From: Mobula hypostoma
Taxonomy: Eukaryota
Direction of reading: 5' to 3'
DNA: 64,000 nucleotides
Assembly (NCBI RefSeq): GCF_963921235.1
Contig: NC_086101.1
Span: 5,272,001-5,336,000 of the forward strand
Part shown: in pieces, positions 12,401 through 24,407 of the stretch
Position numbering within the stretch: position 1 is the stretch's first letter
Layout: every line of letters begins with the position of its first letter
Notes under the pieces: generated by a model
Seen by the model: only the letters and a program-made list of their open reading frames with translations
What the model was told of the DNA's origin: nothing
Database searches by the model: none
Program-made: the position numbers and the translations under genes

Positions 12401-15400
12401 AAGAAGTGATCTTACTGAAATATGGAGATTTCTGAGGGTGAAAGACAAGGTGGAGATAGGGACGATGTTTCCGATGCCCAGCATTGAGAGGTAGCGTGCC
12501 CCTTCTGTTAGAAAGATGAATTATGGCGTGTTGAAGTTCTTGGTAGGCTGCATGCTGTTATACAGTTAGATGTCGATGAGTAGTAAGATGTCTTGGTGAC
12601 TTCATGAGGGACAGATTGAATCCTCTTTTGCTGGTAGATTAGAGAGAAAAAGATAATGATTAGCTTTATTTATCATCGAAACATACAGTGAAATGTGTTA
12701 TTAGTGTCAATGGCCCACACAGTCTAACCACATACTAGTGTCGCTAACATAGCATGCCTGCAACTTCCAAACTCTGACCCGTACACCTTTGGATTGTGGC
12801 CAGACACAGAGCACTCGCAGGAAATCACACAGGCAGAAGGAAAGTGTACCAAACCCTTACAGGCAGCAGTGGGAATTGAACCCCAGTCACTGACGCAGTA
12901 AAGCATTGTGCTAACCATTACACTACTGTGTATAGCAGGAGCTATAGGTTAGTGTATTGGTACCTTGGTCTGAGGAATGTGGCTATAGTCCAGAGGTCAG
13001 TTCAGCGACTCCTGGTCCCATTCTGAATTCAGTGGGCAGTTATTGGAACTGGACGCTCTCAGCTTGCTGTGCAGTGGGTCAGCCTTAAACAGCAGCATCC
13101 AGTCAAGTCGTAAAAGGGAGAGCTCAGAACGGTGTTGGTCAGTGTCAGGGTCACACAGCATTACAAGTTTTGGGTGCCTAATCTAAGAAAGGATGCCCTG
13201 GCATTGGAGGTGGTTCACAAGAATGATTCCGGGAATGAAAAGGTTAACATATGAGGAATATTTGATGGCTCTGGGCCTGTACTGGTTGAAGTTTATAAGA
13301 ATGAGGAGGGGATCTCATTGAAACCTATCAAATATTGAAAGACTGGTCTTGGATAGAGTAGATGTGGAGAGGGTGTTTCCTATAGTCTAGGACCAGAGGG
13401 CACAGCCTCAGAAAAGAGGGACACCCATTTAGAAGACAGATGAGGAGGAATTTCTTTAGCTAAAGAGTGGTGGATCTGTGGAATTCATTGCCATGGATGG
13501 CTGTGGAAGCCAAGTTATTGTATATCAAGGCAGAGGTTGATAGATTCTTGATTGGTCAGGGCTTGAGGGATACGGGGAGGAAACAGGAGATTGGAGCTGA
13601 AGGGAAAAATGGATCGGCCATGATGAACTGGAAGAGCAGACTCGATGGGCCAAATGGCCTAATTCTGCTCCCATGTCTTATGGTCTTACTATATATTTAA
13701 AGAGGTTGATAGATTCTTAGTCAGTCAGTCAGTCTGTCAAAGGTTATGGGGAGAAGGCAGGAGAATGGGGTTGAAAGGAATAATAAATCACCCTTGATGG
13801 AATGGCGGAGCGGACTCCATCATGTGGATGGTCTAATTCTGCTCCCATGTTTTATAGTCTGAAGGTCTGACAACCATTAGCAACCAATGTGGTTGTAATA
13901 GATGGAATCCAGTCAAGCTGAATGTGACAGGGTCAGTCAAACCATAAACACCAGCACCCAATCCGAGTAACGGTGCCCTCTGCCCCAATCTTCCTGCAGT
14001 TGCTCGCATTGTGTCGGCAATTCACACGGACTTCCTCTGCCTGCGTCTGCATCTTTATGACCGGTTCTGAAAGCCACGGCAGTAAAATTATTTGTCTTTC
14101 TACAAAATTGCTGTTGTTTCTAAGTGAAAGCGTCTCCCCTCTGAAGTCAGGGTACTGTTTTGGTGGGGGTGAGGTGTCCCGGGAAGGGCGCGGTGGTTGG
14201 GTAGGTGTTGTGGGCCGTCACGTACAATGAAGTCTATTGCCTCCAGTCCGCTGACGTGCTGGGGACAGACTGCAAGTGTCACCACACTTCTGGGGGCACC
14301 ATAACGTGCCCACAACCTATTAACCCTGTCGTGCGCCATACATCTTTGGAATGTTGGAGGAAACTGGAGTAGCTGGAGGAAACCCACGCAGTCATGCGGA
14401 GAACTTACAACCTCCTTACAGACAGCAGCGGGAATTGACTTGGGTCAAACACTGTAATAGTGTTACACTGACCTCTGTACTACCGTGGAGTGGATGGGTA
14501 CTGCAGATAGTGGATGGGGAAGATGGCAGTGGAAGAGAGGGGCAGATATGGGCAGTACAGGGCAAGGGTGAGTTCAAGACTAGAATATAAGTGCAAAAGG
14601 ATATAATGCTGAAGTTTAAAAAGGCATTCTTCAGACTGCATGGAGTGTTGTGAGCAGTTTTCGGCCCCTTTTCTCAGAAGTGACAGGCTGACATCGGGAA
14701 AGCTTCAGAGGAGGTCAGAAGAATGATCCCAGGAATGAAAGGGTTAATCTATGAGGAGTGTTTCATGGCTCTGGGCCTGTAGTTGCTGAAATTTAGAAGG
14801 ATGAGAATGGATCTCATTGAAACCTGTCCAATACTGAAAGGACTAGATAGAGTGGAGACGGAGAGGATGTTTCCTACAGTGGGTGACCAGAGGGAAAGGA
14901 TATCCCTTTAGAACAGAGATGAGGAGGAAATTCTTTGGCCAGAGGGTGGTGAATCTGTGGAATTCATTGCCACAGACAGATGTGGAGGGCCAAGTGACTG
15001 GGTGTATTTAAGATGGAGTTTGACAGATTCTTCATTAGTCAGGACGTCGAAGGTTATGGGGAGCAGGCCGGAGAATGGGGTTGAGAGGGATAATAAATCA
15101 GCCAGGATGGGCTAGCAGAGCAGACTTGATGGGCCAAATGTCCTAATCCTGTATCTAAGCCTTCTGGTGAGCATGGAGCAAACACAGGGTTTGGTGAAGG
15201 ATGGGGTGTGTAGTGAGGGATGTGGGTAGTGGACAGAGGTGGGTGAGCAGTGTGAAGAGGGGCTGAATATGGGCAATTAGCAGGTGGGTGGTACAGTGTA
15301 GGGTTATGGAGTTTCGGGAGGCCAAGGTGGCGGTCTGTTGTGGGGGGGGGGTGGGTTTGCGGGGAGCTGATCTACATGCTGGTCCTGTTACTATGCATGT

Positions 15401-15479
15401 TAAATGTCAGATGCACAGTGGAGGCATTTGCTGTCAGTAACCGAGGCCACCGTTTATGCCACACCCTTTCTTTGCTCCA

Positions 15480-17490
15480 TAGAAACATAGAAATGCTACA
15501 GCACAATACAGGCTCTTCGGCCCATGATGCTGTGCCAGACAAGTGCTTACTTTATAAATTACCTAGGGTTATCCATAGTCCTCTATTTTTCTAAGCTCCA
15601 TGTACCTATCCATGAGTCTCTTAAAAGACCCTATCGTATCCGCCTCCACCACTGTTGCCGGCAGCCCATTCCACACACCAATCTCTGCGTAAAAGACTTA
15701 TCCCTGACATTTCCTCTGTACTTGCTTCCAAGCACCTTAGAACTCTGCCCTCTCGTGCTAGCCATTTCAGCCCTGGGAGAAAGCCTCTGACTATCCATAT
15801 GATCAATGCCTCTCATTATCTTATACACCTCTATCAGGTCACCTCTCATCCTCCGTCACTCCAAGGAGAAAAGGCCAAGTTTACTCAACTTGTTCTCATA
15901 AGGCATGCTCCCCAATCCAGGCAACATCCTTGTAAATCTCCTCTGCACCTTTTCTATGGTTTCCACATTCTTCCTGTAGTGAGGTGACCAGAACTGAGCA
16001 CAGTACTCCAAGTGGGGTCTGACCAGGGTCCTATATAGCTGCAACATTACCTCTCGGCTCCTAAACTCAATCCCACAGTTGATGAAGGCCAATGCACCGT
16101 ATGCCTTCTTAACCACAGAGTCAACCTGTGCAGCTGCTTTCAGTGTCCTGTGGACTCGGACCCCAAGATCCCTCTGATCCTCCACACTGCCAAGAGTCTT
16201 GCCATTAATACTATATTCTGCCATCATATTTGACCTACCAAAATGAACCACCTCACACTTAACTGGGTTGAACTCCATCTGCCACTTCTCAGCCCAGTTT
16301 TGCATCTTGTCAATGTTCCGATGTAACCTCTGATAGCTCTCCACACTATCCACAGCACCCCCAACCTTCGTGTCATCAGCAAATTTACTAACCCATCCCT
16401 CCACTTCCTCATCCAGGTGATTTATAAAAATCACAAAGACTGGGTTCCCAGAACAGATCCCTGAGGCACGTCACTGGTCACCGACCTCCATGCAGAATAT
16501 GACTCATCTACAACCAGTCTTTGCCTTCGGTGGGCAAGCCAGTTCTGGATCAACAAAGCAAGGTCTCCTTGGATCCCATGCCTCCTCATTTTCTGAATAA
16601 GCCTGGCATGGGGTACCTTATCAAATGCCTGCTGAAATCTATATACACTAGTACTGCTCTTCCTTCATCAATGTGTTTAGTCACATCCTCAAGATATTCA
16701 ATCAGGCTCGTAAGGCACGACCTGCCTTTGACAAAGCCATGCTGACTATTTTTAATCATGTTATGCCTCTCCAAGTGTTCATAAGTCCTGCCTTTCAGGA
16801 TCTTTTCCATCAAGTTACCAACCACTGAAGTAAGACTCACTGGTCTATAATTTCCTGGGCTATCTCTACTTCCTTTGTTGAATAAGGGAATAACATCTGC
16901 GACCTTCCAATCCTCTGGAACCTCTCCCATCCTCATTGATGATGCAAAGATCATTGCTAGAGGATCGACAATCTTCTCCCTCACCTCTCACAATAGCCTG
17001 GGGTATATCTCCTCCAGTCCTGTTGACATCCAACTTGATGCTTTCCAAAAGCTCCAGCACATCCTCTTTTTTAATGTCTATATGCTCAAGCTTTTCGGTC
17101 TACTGTAAGTCATCCCTACAATCACCAAGATCCTTTTCTGTAGTGAATACTTGACAAAGTATTCATTAAGTACCTCCGCTACCTCCTCCAGTTCCACACA
17201 CACTTTCCCACTGTCACACTTGATTGGTCCTATTCTCTCACGCCTTATCCTCTTGTTCTTCACATACTTGTAGAATGCCTTGGGGTTTCCTTAATCCTGC
17301 TCACCAAGGCTTTCTCATGGCCCCTTCTGGCTCTCCTAATTTCATTCTTAGGCTCCTTCCTGCTAGCCTTATAATCTTCTAGATCTCTATCATTACCTAG
17401 TTTTTAAACCGTTCGTAAGCTTTTCTTTTCTTCTGGATTAGATTTTCAACTGCCTTTGTACACCACGGTTCCTGTACGCTACCATCCTCT
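15480..17490 (-). mobile_element. CR1 LINE, truncated and frameshifted RT
   Basis: ORFs 15856-16434 (KFADDTK), 16586-16984 ([14 protein letters not shown]); (tttctatg)n-type tail. Confidence 0.93.
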
Positions 17491-18206
17491 CCCTGTTACC
17501 ATTATCGACTGTAGCCTTCCTCGGAGATCGTCAAAGGCGATACCTCAAGAACTGGCATCCATCACCCAGGACACACCATCTCTCATTGCCACCAACAGGG
17601 AGGAGGTACAGGAGCTAGAAGACACACACTCAACAATTTAGGAACATCTTCTTCCCCTCTGTCATCAGATTTCTGAATGAAAACATGAACACTACCTCAC
17701 TACATTTTCATTTTTTCCCCCTTTTTGCTCTCTTTTTGCACTTTTTATTTAATTTAATGTTTAATAAATATTTCTAATTGCAGTTTATTTTTTTATTGTA
17801 CTGCAATGTACTGCAGCCACAAAACAACAAATTTCACCACATCTGCCAGTGATGTTAGACCATAAGACGTAGGAGCAGAATCAGGCCATTCGGTCCATCG
17901 AGTCTGTTCTGCCATCCCATCATGGCAGATTTATTATCCCTCTCAACCCCATTCTCCTGCCTTCTCCCTTTGATATCCTGACTAATGAAGAACCTATCAA
18001 CCTTCACTTTAAATATACTCAATGACCTGACTCCCACAGCCGACCATGGCAACGAATTCCAAAGATTCACCACCTCTAGATAAAGAAATTCCACCTCATC
18101 CCTCTTCTAACTGGACGTCCCTCTATTCTGAGACTGTGCCCTGTGGTCCTAGGCTCCCCCATTGTAGGAAATATTCATTCTCATTCTCTCTCTCTCTCTC
18201 TGTATA

Positions 18207-18242
<36 letters not shown>

Positions 18243-18648
18243 AAACCTGGTTCTAATTCTGCTTCATACAAGTTTGACCAGTTTATATTATGTGGGAAAC
18301 AACGCTTCACAGGCAGAACCCCGTTCCTTATGGTGCACAGATTCCTCTCTCTCCCCATTTCCTACCTGCAGATTTTTCACCCCCTTTCACCAGTCCATAC
18401 ACCCATCTTTCCCAGCGCTGTCACTCGGTTGTCTCCAACTCTCACCTCCCAGTGGCTCGAGTACCTTCACCGTGATGCTAGCACTGAGAAGACGGCAGGT
18501 CCTGGGTGATGGGGGGAGGGGGATCCTTTTTGAGGCATCGCCTTTTGAAGACATCACGGATGCTGGGGAGGCTGGTGCCCATGATGGAGCTGACCGAGTT
18601 CACAACTTTCTGAGGCTGTCCCCGATCCTGTCCAATAGCCCCTCCATA

Positions 18649-19270
18649 TGACGCTGAAGAAAGTTGGTCTACCTGAACAGATGCTGGTGACCTTTTACCG
18701 CTGCAGCATAGAGAGCATCTTAACATACTGCATCTCTGTGTGGTATCTCAGTTGTACAGCAGCTGATAGGAAAGCACTTCAGCGGGTCGTCTCCAGCCCA
18801 CAGAAGATCATCGCGACACAGCTCCCAGCCCTGGAGGACACCTACAGCTCTCGCTGCCTAAAGCTGCAAGCATCTGTAAGGACAATACACAGCCATGGAA
18901 TCATCTGTTTGAACTTCTTCCATCTGGCAGACGTTATAAGATTTTCTATGCCCGCACTTCCAGACTGAAAAATAGCTTTTTCCCCAGAGCTATAATTACT
19001 CTGAACCAATCGATCAAGCATCATCCATAAATTGTTATATTCCTGCTTTTAATACTGGTTTTATGGCTGTCATACATCTGAGTTGTGCGTTTGTGCTGCT
19101 GGACATCGCTCGTACTGGCTGGTTACTTGATTTTATTTATTGTTTATTTACTTTATTTGTTGTTTTATAGCATTGAGTACGAGAGTTGCAAACTCATTTT
19201 CGCTGTATTGGTGCATGACAAATTGTACTATGCAATGACAATAAAGATATTTCCATTTCTATTTCTATTT
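18649..19270 (+). mobile_element. Rex1/Babar-type LINE 3' part nested in an oppositely oriented older copy
   Basis: FYRCSIESILTYCISVWY...DRKALQRVV; aataaag plus (atttct)n tail; tccata on both sides (possible TSD). Confidence 0.8.
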
Positions 19271-19459
19271 CCATACCAGGCGATGATGCAATCAGTTAGA
19301 AGCCTCCTCAAGTTCCAGATGCGATATTATAACCCTTCTCTCCTACAGAGTCAAAAATCCATGTGCCTATCTTAGAGTCTCTTAAATATCCCCGCTGTCC
19401 CTGCCTCTGCCGCCACCCCGGCAGCACGTTCCACACACCCAACAGGTGACATGTTATGG

Positions 19460-19735
19460 GTTCCACGGTGGCGTAGCGGTCACCGCGATGCTGTTAGTTC
19501 GCAGCTCAGTTCCGGTGCCATTCTGTAAGGGCTTTCCGCACGTCCTCCTCTGGGGTACGTGGGTTTCCCCGGCGTCCTTCGGTTTCCTCTCACAGTTCAA
19601 GGACGTACTGGGTAGGTTAGCCGGTTATTGCAAGATTTTCCGTGATTATGTTAGAGTTAATCGGGTTATCGGGGTTTGTTGGGGCGGCGAGGCTGGAGGG
19701 GCCTACTCCGCGCGCTATCGCTAAGTAAATAAAGA
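19460..19735 (+). mobile_element. tRNA-derived V-SINE-like SINE (related minus-strand copies at ~12660-12930, ~14200-14490, ~55570-55880)
   Basis: ggtggcgtagcggt A-box; gtgggtttccccgg...cggtttcctctcacagttcaaggacgta core. Confidence 0.7.
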
Positions 19736-20154
19736 CATACATAAATAAAATCTATCTCTTCCCTCCTGCATTCCCCTCTATATTTCTATCATCCATGTGC
19801 TTTTCTAAGAGTCCCTTAAATGTCCCTACCACCGCCCCCGACAGTGTGTTCCACGCAGCCACCAAGAAGCCCCTGTCCCTTCCTTCAATCACCCTAAAAC
19901 GATGCCCTATTATCTTAGCCTTTTGCGCCCTGGAAAAAATCTCCGACTGTCCACTGTGTCTATACCTCTCATCATCTTGGACATCCCTATCATCACCTTT
20001 CATCCCCCTTCGCTCCAAAGAGAAAAGCCCTAGCTCGCTATAAGACAGCTAAGCTTTTGAATAGGCATGAAAGTGGCAGGAGTCGCTCACAGGAGAGGCA
20101 AAGCCCCTTTAGAAAAAACTCGATTCAGCATCAGAAGAAATGCGGGCACGAACA

Positions 20155-21575
20155 GAGAACTATTGCCCTGTTAGCCTAACATCAGTAGTGAGGAAGATGC
20201 TAGAGTCCATTATTAAAGATGAAATAGCGGCATAACTTGATAGCAGTGATAGGATTGGGCCGAGCCAGCATGGATTTACCAAAGGCAAATCATGCTTGAC
20301 TAATCTATTGGAGTTTTTCGAGGATGTCACCAGGAAAATAGACGCGGGAGATCCAGTGGATGTGGTGTACCTTGACTTTCAGAAGGCATTTGATAAGGTA
20401 CCACATAGGAGATTGGTGGGTAAAATCAGAGCTCATGGCATTGGGGGGAGGATATTGACATGGATAGAAAACTGGTTGGCAGATAGAAAGCAAAGGGTAG
20501 CAGTGAATGGGTGTTTCTCAGAATGGCAGGTGGTGACTAGTGGGGAGCCACAGGGCTCGGTATTGGGACCACAGCTGTTTACGATTTACATCAATGATTT
20601 AGAGGAAGGCATTGTGAATAACATCAGCAAGTTTGCTGATGATACTAAGCTGGGTGGCAGTGTGACATGTGATGAGGATGTTAGGAGAATTCAAAGTGAC
20701 TTGGATAGGCTGGGTGAGTGGGCAGAAACTTGGCAGATGGCGTTTAATGTGAATAAGTGTGAGGTTATTCACTTTGGGAGCAAGAACAGGAAGGCAGATT
20801 ATTATCTGAACGGTGTGGAGTTAGGTAAGGGAGAAATACAAAGAGATCCAGGAGTACTTGTTCATCAGTCTCTGAAGGTGAATGAGCAAGTGCAGCAGGC
20901 AGTGAAGAAGGCTAATGGAATGTTGGCCTTTATTACAAAGGGAATGGAGTACAAGAGCAAGGAAATCCTTTTGCATTTGTACAGGGCCCTGGTGAGACCA
21001 CACCTGGAGTATTGTGTGCAGTTTTGGTCTCCAGGGTTAAGGAAGGACATCCTGGCTGTGGAGGAGGTGCAGCGGAGGTTCACTAGGTTAATTTGTGGGA
21101 TGTCCGGACTGTCTTATGCAGAGAGGTTAGAGAAACTGGGCTTGTACACGCTGGAATTAAGGAGATTGAAGGGGGATCTGATTGAGACATATAAGATTAT
21201 TAAGGGATTGGACAAGATAGAGGCAGGGAATGTGATCCAGATGCTGGGAGAGTCCAGTACCAGAGGGCATGGTTAAAGAATAAGGGGTAGGTCATTTAGG
21301 ACAGAGTTGAGGAGGAACTTCTTCTCCCAGAGAGTTGTGGAGGTGTGGAACGCGCTGCCTCAGAAGGCAGTGGAGGCCAATTCTCTGGATGCTTTCAAGA
21401 AGGAGCTAGATAGGTACCTTATGGATAGGGGAATCAAGGGTTATGGGGACAAGGCAGGAACCGGGTATTGATAGTAGATGATCAGCCATGATCTCAGAAT
21501 GGCAGTGCAGGCTCGAAGGGCCGAATGGTCTACTTCTGCACCTATTGTCTATTGTTTATCGTCTATTGTCTATTG
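20155..21575 (+). mobile_element. 5'-truncated CR1 LINE (RT domain to 3' end)
   Basis: ORF 20296-21276 ([24 protein letters not shown]); (ctattgt)n tail. Confidence 0.95.
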
Positions 21576-22477
21576 AACGGAGCCCGTCCGGTCAATCGTG
21601 AACTTGCCGGCCATAAATGGAGTTATAATTCATTTTCGTAAACTTGCCGATCATAAATGGAGTTATAATTTATCTACGTGGCTGTCCTGGGCATAGGGGC
21701 CGAAAGGCCTCGTTATGTGGCGTATTTTTCCCCGGATCCTCCAGATGCGGCGGTCGGAGCTGTTTAGTCCGATGTCAGCTTGGGGGGAACGCAACCTCGT
21801 GTCCCCGGTCGCACAACTCTTTCTCCACTTTCCCTTCCCGGGCCTCACCCCCCGTCACCGCAGTCGCAGTGTTATGAAGACTCCCGAGTGACTGTGACAA
21901 GTTGAAGGTTGTTTCACAGTCAAGGACCAGCTCTTGGCGCCTGCCATAAATCGCGGTAGCGGCCGTGAAGGTCGGTCGGCGCAGTCAGTTGGAAGGCTTT
22001 ATAAGGCATTGGCCAGACCGCACTGGGAGTATTGCGAATAGTTTTGAGTCCCTTATCTAAGAAGAGATGTACTGGCCTTGCAGGGGTTCACGAGAAGGAT
22101 TCCGGGAATGAAAGGGTTAACGGATGGTCCTGGGCCTGCTCTCGCTGGAGTTCAGAAGAATGCGGTGATTCTCGCCGGAACCTATCGAATATTGAAACTC
22201 CACGGTAGAGTAGACATATAGAGGATGTTTCCTGTAGTGGGAGAGACCAAGATCAGAGGGGACAGTCTCACAATAGAGAGACTACGTTTAGAACAGAGAT
22301 GAGAAAGAATTTCGTTAGCCAGAGAATGGTAAATCTGTGGAATTCATTACTACAGATGGCTATGGAGGACAAGTCATTGGGTATACTTAAAGCCGAGGTT
22401 ATTAATTCTTGATTAGTCGGGGCCTCAAAGGTTATGGGGAGAAGACAGGAGAATGGAACTGAGAGGTCTGCCATGAC

Positions 22478-22621
22478 TGATGGGCAGAATGGCCGGATTC
22501 TGCTCCCATTCTTGATGGTGCGGCCGTGGGTAGGACGTTGCGATGTTTTGCCTCGACATGTGCTCGTTCCCTTTTGCTGTCGCCTTTTGTCTTTGTCACC
22601 GATTCCAGCAGGAGAGGAGCG
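22478..22621 (+). pseudogene. Diverged duplicate of the CYP21 intron 4 3' end / exon 5 acceptor (relic)
   Basis: Aligns by eye with 45780-45930, including an exact ctttgtcaccgattccag and the first ~13 nt of exon 5 (caggagaggagcg vs tacgacaggagcg). Confidence 0.7.
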
Positions 22622-22690
22622 TCGGCCATGATGTAGTAGTGGAGCGGACTCGATGGGCCACATGGGGAGGGGGGAGGAGGAGGGAGGGTG

Positions 22691-22755
<65 letters not shown>

Positions 22756-23254
22756 CAGACAGAGAGACATATGGGTTTGACTGCACTCTGTAAGGGAAAG
22801 TCCACGGATGAGAAGGGTATGGAGGTGCAGGTCGATGGAACAGTTCGTCACGAACTAGGTGAACCGGGAGGAGCCGCTTCTTTGCTGCAGCGCTCTCGGA
22901 CTCTCAGAGGGAATGCCCGGGATGGGTGCTGTCTTTGACTGTTCACTGCGCCAGCGAAAGGAATATACAGAGTCCATGGAGGACAGTCTGGCTCCTGAGG
23001 TGTGATGTGATCTGATACCTATCTCCACAATCCCCATGTTTACTCTCCCGCTCCGTGTTCGGCGTCGGCCGGATTTGCACATTCCATTGCAACACACACA
23101 AGATGATGGAGAACTCAGCAGGTCGGGCAGCATCTAGGGAGAGAAATAAATAGCCGACGTTTCAGGCCAAGGCCCCTCATCGCGACTGGAAACAACGGGC
23201 TGGAGAAACCAGAATAAGAAGTGGGGGGCGGGAAGGAGGACAAGCTAGAAGGTG

Positions 23255-23510
23255 ATTGGTGGGTCAGGTGGGCGGGGAGGGAAAGCTGGGAGGTGATAGG
23301 TGGGTCAGGTGGGCGGGGAGGGTAAGCTGGGAGGTGATAGGTGAGGTCAGGTGGGTGGGGGAGGGAAAGCTGGGAGGTGATAGGTGAGGTCAGGTGGGCG
23401 GGGGAGGGTAAGCTGGGAGGTGATAGGTGGATCAGGTGGGCGGGGGAGGGTAAGCTGGGAGGTGATAGGTTGATCAGGTGGGCGGGGGAAGGAAAGCTGG
23501 GAGGTGATAC
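23255..23510. repeat. ~41-bp G-rich minisatellite (~6 copies) inside a Penelope terminal repeat
   Basis: Unit tcaggtgggcgggggagggtaagctgggaggtgataggtgg. Confidence 0.9.
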
Positions 23511-23824
23511 GTGGAAAAGGTAAAGAGCTGAAGAAGGAATCAGGTAGGAGAGGAGAGTAAACCATAGAAGGGAGGGGGGCACCAGGGGGAGGTGATAGGC
23601 AGGCAAGGATGAGGTAAGAGGCCAGAGTGGGGAATAGAAGAAGATAGAAAGGGGGGGGGGAAATTATCGGAAGTTGGAGAAATCGATCCATCTGGTTGGA
23701 GGCTACCTCCGGCCAGTAGAGTACTGCTTTCACGAGGAAATCTGCAGATGCTGGAATTTCAAGCAACACACATAAAAGTTGCTGGTGAACGCAGCAGGCC
23801 AGGCAGCTTCTCTAGGAAGAGGTA

Positions 23825-23862
23825 CAGTCGACGTTTCGGGACGAGACCCTTCGTCAGGACTA
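23825..23862 (-). ncRNA. Minimal type I hammerhead ribozyme motif in a Penelope terminal repeat
   Basis: Minus strand: uaguc CUGACGA aggg-ucucgu-ccc GAA ACGU C gacug. Intact core boxes, stem I aguc/gacu, stem II ggg/ccc, palindromic ACGU in place of stem III. Confidence 0.75.
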
Positions 23863-24407
23863 ACGGAAAGAAGAGCTAGTAAGAGATTTGAAAGTGGGAC
23901 GGGGAGGGGGAGATCCAAAATGATCGGAGAAGACAGGAGGGGGAGGGATGGAGCCAAGAGCTGGACAGTTCATTGGAAAAAGGGATATGAGAGGATCATG
24001 GTACAGGAGGCCTAGGGAGAAAGAAAAGGGGGAGGGGGTGAAGCCCAGAGGGTGGGCAAAGGGTATAGTGAGAGGGACAGAGGGAGAAAAAGGAGAGAAA
24101 GAAAAAGAATGTGTGTATAAAAATAAGTAACAGATGGGGTACGAGGGGGAGGTGGGGCATTAACAGAAGTTTGAGAAGTCAATGTTCATGCCATCAGGTT
24201 GGAGGCTACCCAGACGGAATATAATGTGTTGTTCCTCCAACCTGAGTGTGGCTTCATCTTTACAGTAGAGGAGGCCGTGGATAGACACGTCAGAATGGGA
24301 ATGGGATGTGGAATTAAAATGTGTGGCCACTGGGAGATCCTGCTTTCTCTGGCGGACAGAGCGTAGGTGTTCAGCGAAACGATCTCCCAGTCTGCGTCGG
24401 GTCTCGC

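Noticed and set aside
13900..14220. Unique-looking segment as a possible exon of an intervening gene (also 6630-6960, 12480-13160, 15370-15480)
   Set aside because: No recognisable protein motif or paired splice sites; could be UTR or conserved non-coding DNA, but not supportable from sequence alone.
24367..24407. N-terminal extension MFSETISQSASGLA on the 836-aa RT ORF as a novel fusion gene
   Set aside because: It starts at GTG and is antisense Penelope sequence that happens to be in frame across the CR1 5' truncation junction.
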